Assembly (NCBI GenBank): GCA_963575745.1
Contig: CAUYUJ010000170.1
Span: 558,001-622,000, forward strand
DNA length: 64,000 nucleotides
Source: Prorocentrum cordatum
Lineage: Eukaryota
Reading direction: 5' to 3'
The notes below the pieces were generated by a model. It ran no database searches, was not told the origin of the DNA, and saw nothing but the letters and a program-made list of their open reading frames with translations. Both the position numbers and the translations under genes were made by a program. Numbering within the stretch: position 1 is the stretch's first letter; the number at the start of each line of letters is the position of its first letter. Positions 1-13,429 of this stretch are shown here, one piece after another.

Positions 1-1440
1 GATGCCAACTGACGTCGAGTTTCGGCGATGCATCGGCGATGCGGCGCGTTCTCCCGACCCCCATCGAGTTAACTACTCGGGCCTCATCCGGGAGGCGCAG
101 AGGAACGGGCGGACCGTCCTGAGGGCAAAGCTGAGTAAGAAAACGTTCGTGCAATTCTCAGATGGGCCGTGGGGTGCGGATTGCGTGTTGAGCGCGCGCC
201 GTTTCAGGCGTGCCTTGACAGAGAAGGGGCGCGACGACCTCGACGGTCAGGGCCGCCCCAAACAAGTGCGCTGGGCGACCGAAAACAAGCAGGAACAAAG
301 TACGCCATCTCAGTTCGACCAGCCTGGGGGCTTGAGGGTGCGTCGGCCGTGAATGACTTCAAGGGGCAAGCCAGTTTCATTTCCGATGTGGATCTGCTGG
401 GCGGCCAGGAGGGCCTAGAGGATATCCAGGAGGTGCTGATGACGCCGCGCGAGAAAGGGGCGGCTCTCGGCATGGGTCAGTGCTTAACAAATCAGAAACC
501 CGACACTTATAAACCGCTTGCATGGAAGTCGCGGCGACTGGACAAGGTTTCCGAATGGGGGGTCGGGCCAGGGCCGACGCGCTGAAGGGCGTCGGGGAGC
601 TCCCGCATCAGGGGCGCCCCTGGGCTCTGGCCACCCAGGCGCCCTCCGCGCCGACTGGGCAGCAGGAAAATCAAGAGCGGTGAGATGCATAATAACGAGG
701 TAAAAGCGAAGAGTCGCGACGACAAGGTCGAAGGCAGGCAGAAGTAGCGCGGCCGCGCAGAGAAGGGTGGGGGCGGGGAGGAAAAGGTGCATTGGATGAA
801 GGAACTCGAGGACTAGAACTCGCATGTGGGCCAGTGGGAAAGAAGTAGCGGGAGAAGTCTGGATAATGGTCGTTGGATTTAATAAAGATGACGCGCCCTG
901 CGGTCGCGTTGGCCGCTGCGCGGGCGCTGTTCGGAACGGTCAGGAGCTGGTTTTCGTGCTGGAGGACATGGCGTTCCACGCCGCGCCCCTGGGCAGCTCG
1001 ATCGAGTGCGGGGAGAATGTTTAGAAACCCACGTTTCTGATGACGTTTGAGCGCGTCAGCTGGCTGACGAAGTTTAAGATGCTCGGCGGGCCTGGGATGA
1101 CAGTCCATATATCAGCCCCCCCCCGGCTGAGACCGGCGCGACAAATGGGCGCGCTCATGGAGCAGGCGCGCACTCAGCGACGGACAGTGCTCTTTCAGCG
1201 TGCGCTTCCTAGGCTCAGGTTCCACGTCTGACCCCCTGACCGCCTGGCCGTCTACCTTCAGTGCGGCGCGGAACGGGGCGACGTCAGCGAAGCGCCCGTC
1301 GAGTAGGCGGCTCAGAGGTCGTTGGGTCTGCGGCAAGCTGCTGTTCCCCGCGCGGCGCCCTCAGTGCGATGTGCATCTGGCAGTGCACGGGGCGCTGCTT
1401 GTGGTTCAGGCCTTTGCGGGGGATGTAGACGCGAGGTGCT
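1..1440 (+). pseudogene. 3' part of a decayed, probably pogo/Tc5-like transposase region (copy 1)
   Basis: Identical to 34,406-35,845, which continues the disrupted coding-like region starting ~32,750. Short broken ORFs only. Confidence 0.35.
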
Positions 1441-1539
1441 GCGACGCCCCCGACGAGAAGAGAGGGAGAGAGAGAGAAATACATATGACTATAACAAGAC
1501 ATCACACAACAAATCAGAGAGAGTGAGAGAAACACACAC

Positions 1540-2510
1540 ATAATATTATATTATATGATATGTATTCTAATCTATGATAGTACATTATTTTGGATCATAG
1601 TGTATTCTAGTGTATAGTGTTTTATTATAGTATGTTGTATTATGTTCTGTTATCTTATGGTATCTTACAGTGTATCATATCACATTACACTATATTATGG
1701 TATGTTGTATCATATCATGTTACAGCATTATTTATTTAAAAAAACCAAAAATGTCGTGTATTTTATTACGTTCTGCTATGCAATATGATATTGTACCATC
1801 GTACATTTTATTCTATTTACCATATCCTACCATGCCATCTTATACCATAGTGGATGATTATATATTTTCTTGCATTGCACAATATAGTGTATTATATTCC
1901 AGTTTATTTTTTATATTATGTCACATTGAATTTGATTATATTACGTTCGTATGGTATTGTAACATATTATAGTGTAGTGCACTTTTTTGTTTATTTATAC
2001 CATATTTTCATATTGTAGTGTATTATATTATATTATACTATCGTATAGTGAATTATATTATATTCTATTTTATTATATTATATTGTATTTTATTATGTTT
2101 TATTATTTCATGTCATAGTGTATTATATTTATTTTATTATATCATATTATATTATATCACATTATATCATATTACATTGTATCACATTACATTATAGTCT
2201 ATCATATTCTATGATATTACATATTTTTATATTGTTTATTGTATTATATTATATTATATTATATTGTATATTATCATGGTATATTACATTGCGTTATATT
2301 TATCATATCGTGTTTTGTTATTACTTTCAAACTATTGTACATGAATATATTATCTCATATACTATACGATGACATTATTTAATAGTATATTATATCATAT
2401 GGTCTTATGTTATTTTATATTATATGATATTGTATTCTAGGTTCTCATATTTCATATAATATTATATCATAGTATACCATCGTATACTAAATGTATATAT
2501 ATATATACAC
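1540..2510. repeat. Degenerate AT-rich (TATTA/TATCA)n low-complexity tract
   Basis: Directly visible. Second copy at ~35,945-36,915. Confidence 0.9.
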
Positions 2511-2520
2511 AAGACTGCAG

Positions 2521-3330
2521 TGGCGCTTCGCGCCATTCACCTTGGTCCTTGCAGGTTGGTACGCAGGCGGAACAGCAGGAAGGTCCAGCCGACAATTTGG
2601 CCATAACTCCTTGTTGCCTTTTCCGGCATCGTCGCTATAATAATGTTATTCGTCATCCTTGCTCCATGCTTCTTTTTCTTCATTTTGGGCCATACCCTGC
2701 GCCTCCTGGGAGTATTCTGGGGGCCTAAGGGGGCTTCCTCGGGCCACCCTGCCTCCAACCGCGGTCTCCTTGAACGACCCGGTCACGCTATGGAATGCTT
2801 CGGAGGGTGTCTTGGGGCTATCTTGGGCCGCCGCGGGGCTCTCTGAGGGCCATCTTGGACCCGTGTTGTGCCGTTTTGGGGCTCTTTTGGACTGCCTGGA
2901 AGCCCTTTCGGATGGTTGTGGGGCGATTTTGGAGCCTCCCAGGTGGCTTCGGACGCCCAGAAGACCGCCGTCTTGGAGCGTCGGGAAGCCGAAAAGAGGA
3001 TAACCCCCAAATTCACCAACAACCAACAGGAAATCCTGGATGTTTGCCTCTTGGGGCCTTCTTGGGAGCGCTCTTGGAGGCCTCTTTGGGGCCGTCCTGG
3101 AGGCCTCTTGGGCCATCTTGAGGTCACGTCGGTCACTCTTGGAGCGCTGTTGTGCTGTCTTGGGGGTCTCTGGGACGTTTCCGATGACCCCCCTGATCGC
3201 CCTAGGTGTGCCGGGAAGGCTTGGCAAAACGCTCTGCGAGGCCCGGGGGGGCCGCTTCGAGGCCCGTCCGGAGGGTCCCAAAGCCCCAGATCCCGAGAGT
3301 CCTTTTTTTGTTTGTTGGGGGGGGGGGGCC
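2521..3330 (-). repeat. Dispersed GGCCCCAAGA-type repeat element
   Basis: Degenerate tcttgg/gggcc units with conserved core tcttggagcgtcgggaagccgaaaag (~2,971-2,996) and hairpin TGGCGC-TTC-GCGCCA at 2,521-2,535. Second copy at ~36,926-37,735. Confidence 0.75.
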
Positions 3331-3394
3331 CTGCCCGGGCTTATAAACATATAGGAAGGGGAATACATATACATACGCACAAGCACATATGTGT

Positions 3395-3414
3395 GTATAT
3401 ATATATATATACAT

Positions 3415-3507
<93 letters not shown>

Positions 3508-3555
3508 AAAAACAAAAAAACATAAAAGAGAAAGAGAGAGAGAGAGAGAGAGAAA
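3395..3555. repeat. (AT)n + (AG)n microsatellite
   Basis: Directly visible. Second copy at ~37,800-37,957. Confidence 0.95.
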
Positions 3556-3862
3556 TCTCAGCGAATAGGCCGATTCAGCTCAGAAGGGGCAGTCCCGGGC
3601 GCCGAGTCGCCTCGGGGCGTCGCCCGCCAGCGCGATTCCAGGCGGGGCGGCTCAGATTGCGGTCTCCGGGTCGCGCTCTCCGCGGGGGTTCGAGGCGGGC
3701 CCTCGACGGTGAGGGCGGCGCGCCGTGCGCCGCGGTTTGGCAACCGGGCTTAGGCCGCCAGGCAGCCGGAGAAGGCGCGGCTGGTGTGGGTCCAGGCATC
3801 CCTGCTGGAGGAGGCGAAGGCAGAGGTTGCCGCGGGGGCCCATTCAGCAGAGAGTCGACGCG

Positions 3863-4935
3863 ATGGCGTTCGCGCGGAGGCAGGCTGAGGCGCTCCAGCA
3901 GAGGGCTCAGGAGGCGTCGCGGTTCCCCCGTCTGGGCGCCAGGTTTCTGCCCGATGAGATCCCTGAGGGCCCGGGGGGGTGGGGAGCAAGCCGCGCCGGG
4001 GACGCCGGGGGACGAGGAGTTCAAGGAAAAGGCTCGGAAGGCGATTGCGGTCGTCTTTGCAGCGGCCGAGGTGGAGGAGAGGGTGGCCGATGAAAAGGCC
4101 GCTCAGCAGGCGGCTGTGTAGAGGGAGATGGACTCCGACAAGTGGTTGCGTCATGAAAGCACGATCCATGAGGAATGGCCCAAGAGCGCCGTGGAACAGG
4201 CGGAGGGGGAGATGGGCAGTCAGCGAGAACTGCCAGAAGATGAGGCTGCGGCGAATGAGACGCAGGCCGACGGGAGTGCCGAAGAAAAGGCACGGGATGA
4301 GGCTGAGGAGGAGAAGGAGGAGGAGGAGGAGGAGGAGGAGGAGGAGGAGGAGGAGGAGGAGGAGGAGGAGGAAGAAGATGTGGAGGTCGAGGAGGGGCAG
4401 GCCGAGGAGGCAGATTCGGTGCCAGTTTCATACGAGGGCGAGGAGCAAGATTAGCGCAAGGCGCAGGCGCAGGCCAAGCAGGGGAAACCGAAGAGAACCG
4501 GTCGAGGAGGAGGCTCCGGGAAAAGTGGCTGAGGAGGAACAGCATCAGCGAAAGGCTAAGGAGCAGGTTGCGGTTGCAGCCTTGGAGGACCAGCTCCAGC
4601 GGGGCGACGAGGGCTGTGAGACGTGGACCAGGAGCCTGGGTGCGCAGATGCTTCAGGTCATCTTCGATCACGTGTGCCTGTCCAGCCCCGTCACCGCTGG
4701 GCTCAAGGCGTGCGTCGATGAGATGGAGCAGAGCGTCAAGGTCTGCTCCAAGTGCAGCTTCACCTTGCGCTGCGTCGTCTGCAATCACGATCGCGCCTGG
4801 AGGGGCGTCGCCAGGAACTGGGGGCCGCTGGAACGGTGGCAGCGGGCGACCGTGAACGTGCCGAGAGGCATGAAAGGGGCGCTGCCGCGGACCTTTGACG
4901 CAGTCTCACGTCGAGAGTTGGGAGCCAAGTGCTGA
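3863..4935 (+). pseudogene. Disrupted acidic protein with (GAG)n tract and C-terminal CxxC-x5-CxxC motif
   Basis: Coding-like segments in changing frames with stops at 4,121 and 4,454. Ends ...VCSKCSFTLRCVVCNHDRAWR... Family unknown. Second copy at 38,267-39,339. Confidence 0.4.
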
Positions 4936-5259
4936 GAAATTCCATGTCGCGCAGGGCCCGGGGACCAAACAGGAGTTGAGGTAGGTCGTGATTTCAATTG
5001 CTTCACCTCGTGTGTTTTCAGTATTGCGCCATCTTTGCCGCTTTACTTGGCGCGTGGGCCGTGTAATTACCTCAGCGTGGATGAGTTGGTACTTCGTTGT
5101 TACCTCGTTACTTTTTAGTCGTTGGCAAGTTGAGTCTGACGTCGTTTCTTTTCCCTGTTTCCGAATCTGTTTTTCGGTATTATTCGGACCGATCTGAGAG
5201 AACCTCCTCCTCGCCTCCTCTGCCTCCTGTTCCTCCTCTTCCTCTACCAGAGTGACCCA

Positions 5260-5530
5260 TTCACACCCAGACTCACTCATACTGACTCATATTCATACTC
5301 ACTCACACTCAGACTCAATCGCACTCCGACTCACGCAAACTCAGACTCATTCGCACTCATACTGATTCGCAGTCAGACTCATTTGCGCCCATATTCACTT
5401 GTATTCAGATCAGTACGCTCAGGTTCATTCGCAGTCAGAATCACCAACACCGAGACTCCCTTACTCTCGGACCCAATCACAGTCATTCTAATTCGCACTT
5501 GTACTCCTCTCGTGCTCGGATTCATATGTA
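5260..5530. repeat. Degenerate (CTCAGA/CTCA)n simple repeat
   Basis: Directly visible. Same family as 9,690-11,760 and 13,700-14,150. Confidence 0.85.
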
Positions 5531-5589
5531 TTCGCATGCATTGGTGGTCCAATGCCCAACCCCGGTAAAGCAAACGTAGCATTTGGGCA

Positions 5590-6705
5590 CCCCGAGGAAG
5601 GGGCGCCAAGGGCCAGGGCATTCCAGGATTCGCGCTCAGATTGTGGGGAAGTCTCAGGCTCTTTGCTTGTGTGCATGCCCAACGCTTTCAGCTTCCGGGC
5701 CAGATTCAGGGGGTGTTTCAGGCGAGGCGCTGGTTTCGACATTCCTAATTCGGGTGGGGGAGGTCAAAATTGAGGGCGCCCCAGGATTTGCGCCCAGATT
5801 GAAGGGATGTCTCAGCGCCCAGATTGTAGAGATGTCTCGGGCGGTTTGCTTGTTTGCGTGCAAAACATCTTTTACTTTCAGACAGATTTCAGGATGTCTC
5901 AATCGAGGCGCTGGTTTTAACACCCCGATGGGGGGGGGGGCGCCAGGGGTCAGGACATTCCAGGGTTCACGCCCAAATTGCGTGAATGTCTTAGGCGGTT
6001 TGCTCGTTTGCGGGCTCAACAATCATTGCTTCTGGAACAGGTTTTGAGGATGTCTCAGGCGGGGCGGTGGTATCAGCATTCCGAAAGGGGTGCACTTGGG
6101 GTCAGGACATTGTATAACTCGCTCCCAGATTGTGGGGGTGTCTCAGGCGTTTTGCTTGTTTCGGATCATCACATTTGATGCTTTTGGATCAGATTCTGAG
6201 GATGTCTCAGGTGAGGCGCTGGTTTCATCACTCCTTGGGGGGGGGGTCGCGAGGGGTGGGGGCATTCCTGGGTTCGCGCCCAGATTGTGGGGATGTCCCA
6301 GGTGGTTGCCAATTTCGGACCGTAACATCCTTCCTGCTTTCGGAGCAGATTCTGAGGACGTTTCAGGCGAGGCGTTTTTTTCAGTGGTCCTAGGGCGGGG
6401 GCGCCAGGGGTGGGCTTGGGGGCACTCCAGGGTTTCCGCCCAGATATTGGGGTTATCTCAAGCGGTTTGCTTGTTTCGAACCATCACATTTGATGTTTTT
6501 GAGTCAGATTCTAAGGATGTCTCAGGCGAAACGCTGGTTTCAGCATTCCTAGCAGGGGGGCGCCATGGGTGGGGACATTTCAGGATCGCGCTCAGATTGT
6601 TGGGAAGTCTCAGGCAGTTTGCCCGTTTGCCTGCCCAGCATCCTGTGCTTTCGGAGCAGCGTCTGAGGATGTTTCAGGCGAGGTGCTGGTTTCAGCACTC
6701 CTAGA
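5590..6705 (+). repeat. Degenerate ~130-145 bp satellite array
   Basis: Recurrent cccagattgtggggatgtctcaggcg / gaggatgtctcaggcgaggcgctggtttcagc / ggggcgccagggg motifs. Second copy at ~39,994-41,109. Confidence 0.88.
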
Positions 6706-6762
6706 TGGTGGTGGTGGTGGTTGTGGTGGTGGTGGTGTTGGTGGTGTTGAATTTTTATGTTT

Positions 6763-7412
6763 GAATAATTATTGTTGATCCCCCCACCAGTGCATACTGT
6801 TTTTTCTCAAAGTGTGCCCCTCGACGCTCGCACTTTGTTTTTTGACAAGGAAAGTCTCCCTGGTCAAACTGGCCCCTTGGCCCCTGGGTTCCAACAACAA
6901 CGGCTCCCGCCTGAGACCTCCTCACAATTTAGCCAGGACCCCCGCTCCCGCCCGACATTTCCTCGCATTTTATTAGGAATCGCGTTCTCGCTTGGGACTT
7001 CCTTACAATTTATTCAGGAATCGCTCTCCCGGAGCTCTGGAGTCGCGCTCTCGCTGGAGACTTGCTTGCAACTTACTGAAGAATGGCCTTGCGTTGGAAT
7101 TTCGTACAATTTGCCCAAGCGCCGCGCTCCCGACACCCAGGCACCCAGGAGTCGCGCCCGTTGTGCATGCCCTTCGTGGCCCCGCTGTCGCCGTTTGTGT
7201 CCCCCTCACTGTCCTACGTGGCCCAGTTGCTACCCTCAGTGGCCCCATAGTTGCTTTCTGTGGCCCCGCATTAACTGCATTTCGTGGCCCCCGCTCGTTC
7301 GCGCTCTTCGTGGCCCCATACGCATTCCCTTCGTGTCCCCGCTGTCGCCCTTCGTGGCCTACTTCGTGTCCTTCGTGGCCCTGCTGTCGTTCTCTCTCGC
7401 TCTCGCTTTCGC

Positions 7413-7460
<48 letters not shown>

Positions 7461-8940
7461 ACGTCGTCGTCGTCGTCCTCGTCGTGGTCGGTCCCCTGTC
7501 CGTCCCTCTGGGGGTCGGGTCGACGGTCCGCGGCCGCCCCGCCGATCAGCGCTGCCGCTGGCCAGGCCGACGGTCCGCGGCCGCCCCGCCGCTTGCCGGG
7601 GCCCGGCCTGCAGGGAAGAAAGGTATACCCCCCAAAAGGGGTTCGATCGAAGACGGAGAGGGCGGGTATCGAGGGTTTGGGAAATACGCGTTATTGGACA
7701 CTCGAGCAGATAAGGGCGAACAGTCTTAAAATGATGTTGTTGTTGTTATTGTTGTTGTTGTTGTTGAACATTATTAATTCTAAAGAATAATTATTGTTGG
7801 GCCCCTGGTGCGCGCCCCCCCCGCCGCGCCTAGGCCGCAGCCACATTTTCATCATTTTCGTGAGGAAGTCTCAGGCAAAACGGGTATCCAGATCCGGTTG
7901 TGTTGTTACGATCGGTTTTCCCTTGCAAAAAATAAAGCAAAGTGGACATTTCTTGTTCTAACATGACCAAACTTCAAGAATCCCTTGCAAAAAACGACAC
8001 GAAGTGCACATTCGCGCGCGCAAGACGAAATCCTTCCAAAACCTTAGTCTTCGTAGCGATTTTCACATAAAAACATGAAAAACCCAATGGTTTTTCAAAA
8101 AAAGGGTTTCAAAAATTCACCCCGCGCGCTCTTGCGGATTTCTTAGGAAACCCAATACTTTTTCAACATTTCTGTCAAACGGGCTCTTGCGAGCAACTTT
8201 TTCACGTGCTTCGAACTTCTGCAACAAAGGTTGCGCGCCTGCCAGGGCCATCATCCCTGTCAAATAATACCATGTGGGACACATTCGTTTTTTCTTCGCG
8301 CGCGCACGCCGAAATCTTCAAAAATCATTGGGTTTCTCAGGAATTTTAGCACCGCGCAACATAAAATCATACGAATCGCACCGTAGGTTCTCGAAAAACA
8401 TCTGTACGAATTTTCAAAATTTCTACCCGCGCGCGCTGTCCGAATCCTTAAAAACCAATGGTTTTCAACATTTATGTTATAGAGCTCGCGCGAGCTGTTT
8501 TCGCAAGCTCTTTCAACGGCGTTCGCGCGCCTGCCAGGGGCCACAATCCCTTGCAAACAATATCATGCGGGACACATGCGCGCGTCGTCGCGTCGTCGTT
8601 GTCGGCATGGTACCACAACAAGTCAGTGTGTCACCACGTCATCGAACAAAATCACTGATCACTGTAGTCACCAGTGTCACCAGTGTCACCAGCGTGTCAC
8701 CACCCATGCGCCAGTGTAGTAGCCAAGGTCGTCCGCAGGCCACGAAGTGAAGTGTCCGAACGTCATAGGGCGGGAAGCTGGGTGTGGGTGGTGGCGAAGA
8801 GTCGTTTGGAAACTTGGTAGAGCTTGAACCGGCCCCCCACAAAGTGGGGGTATTGCCCGCCTCCTATGAAAACCCTGGCACTGGTGAGAACGGAGTGTCC
8901 CCAGTCTTAAATGATTGTTGTTGTTGTTGTTGTTGTTGGT
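6763..8940 (+). mobile_element. Two tandem non-coding units sharing termini, interrupting the satellite
   Basis: Both start gaataattattgttg (6,763; 7,785) and end cagtcttaaa..atgat followed by (TGT)n (7,721; 8,902). Interiors differ. Second copy at ~41,167-43,320. Confidence 0.45.
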
Positions 8941-9019
8941 TGCGTGGTGGTGGTGGTGGTGGTGGTGGTGGTGGTGTGTGTGTGTGTGTGTGTGTGTGTT
9001 TGTGTGCGGGGGGTTAAGG

Positions 9020-9670
9020 GGCGGGGCGCTCCAGGATTCGCATCCAGATTGTGGGGATGTCTCAGGCGGTGTGCTTGTTTCGGACCGTCTCACCTTGTGT
9101 TTTCGGAACATATTTTCTGATGATGCCTCAGGCGAAGTGCTGGTTTCAGCCCTCCGAAGAGGGGGCGCTAGGGTCAGGACATTCCAGGGTTCGCACCCAG
9201 ATTGTGGGGATGTCTCAGGCGGCTTTTTCTCATGCCCAGCATTCTGTGCTTTCAGAGAAACTCTGAGGATGTCTCAGGCGAGGCGCTGGTTTCAGCACTC
9301 CTCAGGGGGGCGCCAGGGGTGGGGGCCACTCCAGGATTCGCGCCCATATTGTGGGGATGTCTCCGGCGGTTTGCCTGTTTCGGACCGTCGCATCTAATGC
9401 TTTCGGAGCAGATTCTCAGGATGTCTTCTTAGGGGGGCGCCAGGGGTGGGGGCACTCCAGGATTTGCGCCCAGATTGTGGGGGTGTCTCAGGCGATTTGC
9501 CGGTTCCGGATCATCACATTTGATGCTTTAGGATCAGATTCTGAGGATGTCTCAGGCGAGGCGCTGGTTTCTGCACTCGTAATGGGGGGGGCGCCAGGGG
9601 TGGGGACATTTCAGGATTCGAGCGCAGATTGTGGAAGTGTCTCTGGCGGTTAGAGCAGATTCTGAGGATT
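9020..9670 (+). repeat. ~130-145 bp satellite array (same family as 5,590-6,705)
   Basis: Same gatgtctcaggcg motifs. Second copy at ~43,398-44,048. Confidence 0.88.
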
Positions 9671-9689
9671 CCAGTCGTAATCGCATTAA

Positions 9690-11760
9690 CATACACACAT
9701 TCAGACTCATACTCAGACTCATTCGTATTCAGAGTCACGCGTATTAGGATTCAACCGCGTCGAAGTCATACTCAGACCCATTCGGACTCAGACATGCCAG
9801 CGCCCAGGCTCATTCATCCACACTCAGACTCAATCGTACTGATATTCGCTCATGCTCAGACGCACCCGTATTCAGACTTTCCCAAAGTTAGACTCGCTCA
9901 CATTCAAATTCATTTAGCCGTACTCAGACTCATTTAAACCAAGACGCATTCGTACTTAGACTCGCTCACATTCAGACTCGCTCGCATTCAGGCTCAGTCA
10001 CACTTAGGCTAACTCACACCCAGATATATTCATTTGCATTCAGATTCGCTTCGCAAGCCCTCAAGCTCACCCAAACGCAGACCCACTCGTACTCAGACTC
10101 ACTCGTACTCAGACTCGTACCCATCAGACCCGCCTTACTCAGACTCACACACACACAAACTCGGATTTACTCGCATTTCCACTCGCTCATGTTCAGACTC
10201 GATCGCACTCCTCCTTACTCACACTCAGGCTCGCTCCTACTCAGACCCAGGCTCGTTGCTCATATTCAGACCCACTCGCACTTAGGCTTGCTCACGCTCA
10301 GACTTGCTTCCGCTCAGACTCACTCGCATTCGGGCCCACTCGTACTCAGTCCTACTTATATTGAGGCTCTCTCATACACTCAAGCGCAATCATACCTGGG
10401 CTCACTCGCACTCCGACTCACCAACACGTCAATCATTCACACCCAGATCACTCATACCTCCTCACCTCCCTCCTCCTCTTCCTTCTTCGCACTCAGATGC
10501 ACTCGCGCTCAGACTTACTCATGCTCAGACTCACCTATCAACATACTCACTCACACCCAGGCCCGCTCACACTCAGATTCAGTCATACTCAGACTCACAC
10601 GCACACTCAGACTCACTCGCTCTCAGATTTACTCACGGTTAGGCCCACTCACAGTCAGACTCAGCCTCGCCAGGCCAATTTTCAGACTCATTCACACTCA
10701 GGCCTGCTCACACGCAGATTCACTCACAGTCAGACTCACTCGTAGTCAGACTCATTCATACTCAGACGCAACCTTACTCAGACTCTTTCATACATAGGAT
10801 TCGCTCACACCAAAACCCATTCAGTCATACTCAGACTCACTCATGCCCAGACACACTCGGACTGTGATTCGCTCACCGTCAGACTCGCTTGCATTCAGGC
10901 TCAGTCACATTTAGGCTAACTCACGCTCGGATGTACTCTCATCCAGATTCGCCAACCCTCAGACTCTCTCATACGCAAGACCACTCGTACTCAGGCTCAT
11001 TCGTATTCAAACTCATAACCATCACATTCTCAGACTCACTCACAGTCGGACTTACTCACACTCAGACTGGCTCATACCCGAATTTGTTCATACTCAGTGT
11101 CACTCATATTCAAAGACACTCACACTCAGACTCTTTCCAACTCAGACTCAGACTCGCCATTCCTACTCAGACCTACTCACGTTCAGACTTGCTCACACTA
11201 AGACTCACCCACACTCCGACTCAGTCATACCCAGACTCAGTCATACTCAGACTCACTCACACTCAGACTCATTCAGATTCTGACTCACTCATAACCCAGA
11301 CGCACCCACACTCAGACCCAGTCGCATTCAGGCTCAGTCATAAAGGGACTCGCTCACACCCGGATTCATTCACAATCATATTCGCCCATACTCAGACTCA
11401 TAGACGCACGCACGTTTAGACTCACTGGCACTCAGACTCACTCGCACTTAGATTCACTCATGCTCAGACTCAGACTCAGACTCGTCGAATTCCTATTCAG
11501 ACCCGCTCACATTCAGACGTGGTCACACTCAGACTCACCCACGCTCAGGCTCACCCATGCCCAGACTCATTCATACTCAGGTGCGCCCGTACTCGGACCT
11601 CTCTCACACCTGAACTCACTCAAACTCAATCTCGATCATTCCTGGGCTTACTCACATTCAGACCCACTCACACTCAGATCACCCGCGCTCAGATCCACTC
11701 GCAGTCTTCCCTGTTTTGATTGGTCAATGCTCCCTCGCTCTTCACTAGAGATTCGCTCAT
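9690..11760. repeat. Long degenerate (CTCAGACTCA)n tract
   Basis: Directly visible. Second copy at ~44,068-46,138. Confidence 0.92.
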
Positions 11761-13429
11761 CTCTCCTGAAAATGCCCAGAGGACGAGGAGGAGGAGGAGG
11801 AGGAGGAAGAAAGGAGGAGGAGGAAGAGGTGGAGGAGGAGGAGGAGGAGGAGGAGGACGTCGCCGAAGTCGTCGTCGTCTTCACGCCCGTCGTCTACGCG
11901 GACTCGCTCTCGCACCCGGATGCTCACAGACAGACTCTCCCAGCGAGACGTGGCAGGAGTATGAGATGCGCATGGGGGGATCTCCACGTCGAGCAGTTCA
12001 TGTCCCACCGAGGCGTTTGCCCTCTGCACCAGTTTTGGCGCGTGGGTCTCCCTTCGGACGCCCGTCGCCCCTCTGTCTGCGGCGCCAGCTCCCGGGGCCC
12101 CCCTGAGGTCCCGAGCCAATCCGTCACCGGGGGCACGCGCAGAAGGAAAGTTGCGGAGTTCCGCGCGGCCTCCTCCTCCTCCTCCTCCTCCTCCTCCTCC
12201 TCCTCCTCCTCCTTCCTACTACCCTCCCTTCCTCCTCCTCCTCCTTCCTCCCTCCTCTCCTCTCCTCCTCCTCCTCATCCTCACCTTCCTCCTCCTCCTC
12301 CTCCTCCTCCTCTCTATAGGCGCCGGCCCCCCAGGCGCAGGTGGGGGGGGGGTGGATGTCCCAGGGGCTGGGGGATCCTTCAGGGCGGGTCCCTTTGCGT
12401 TCTTGGGCCCCGTCCCTTTCGGTCCTTGAGAGCTTGAGGTCCAGGTCCTGCGGGATCAGTGCGGTTCCAAGAAATCAGCGCAGAGCTCCGCAAGTTGATG
12501 CCAGTGGGTGAGGCCTCAAAATCTGAGGTCGTGATCGCAGTTGCATGGCCAGTTGAGTCTTACCTTTGAGACAGAGTTGCCACGTGAGGCCCCCGTCTGA
12601 CGTCGGCTTCTTCTTCGTTCGGTGCGGGTGAGCTGGTGTTCAGTTGTTAGTTCGTTAGTTGGTTGGTCAGTTAGTTAGTTAGTTACTTAGTTCGCTATAC
12701 CTCAGCTGTCGACAGCGTGAGTCTGATATCGTGGCTCTTTCAGTTCTCATTGGTTATTTCGTCACCTGGGGGCATCCACAGGAATGAGGGTTCGGAGCTC
12801 CGCGCAGATATTTCGTTTCTCGGGTAAGCACTACCCCCCCCTGGCGCCGAGGGATGTCGTACCACTGGTGCTAGATATCGCGGGCGGTGCGGTGGGGGGA
12901 TTCCAAGGATCGGGGGGTCCTTCGTGGCCGGCGAGGGAACTCAACAACTTGAGTGTTGATACACAAGGGAGCGCGGGGATTCGTCCAGGAGGTGGGGCGC
13001 CCCCACGGACGGATGCAGTGGGCTTCCTGGGAGGGCGTGAAGAGGCCAAAATCATTAGATATCTTATGGAACTCCCTTGGATTTCGCAGGAACCCTTAGG
13101 AATCCTCAAGAACACCTGGCAAACCTCATGAATCCGCACGAATCCTTGAGGAATGCTTCGGGGCCCTGAGGAATCCTCCAGCGTCCTGAATCTGTAGGAG
13201 TACAGCGGATTTCCAAGTTCACTTGAGTTTCCAGGCCGCCATGACGACTTTCTATTCTGGGAAACGCAAGGAGTTTTCACGCGCGCGTCCGCGCGCGCGG
13301 TGGCCAGCCGCGTGCGGCGGGTGACGCGCACGGGCGCGCGTGTCACTCGAAACTCGTTCGGTCATCGCTAAGGGTTCACTTATTGTTGCTATGCCAACGT
13401 GGAACATATTCGATGGTGGTGAATTGAAA

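Noticed and set aside
5590..6705. CRISPR-like array
   Set aside because: The intervening sequences are themselves homologous, the repeats are degenerate and there are no cas genes. This is a satellite.
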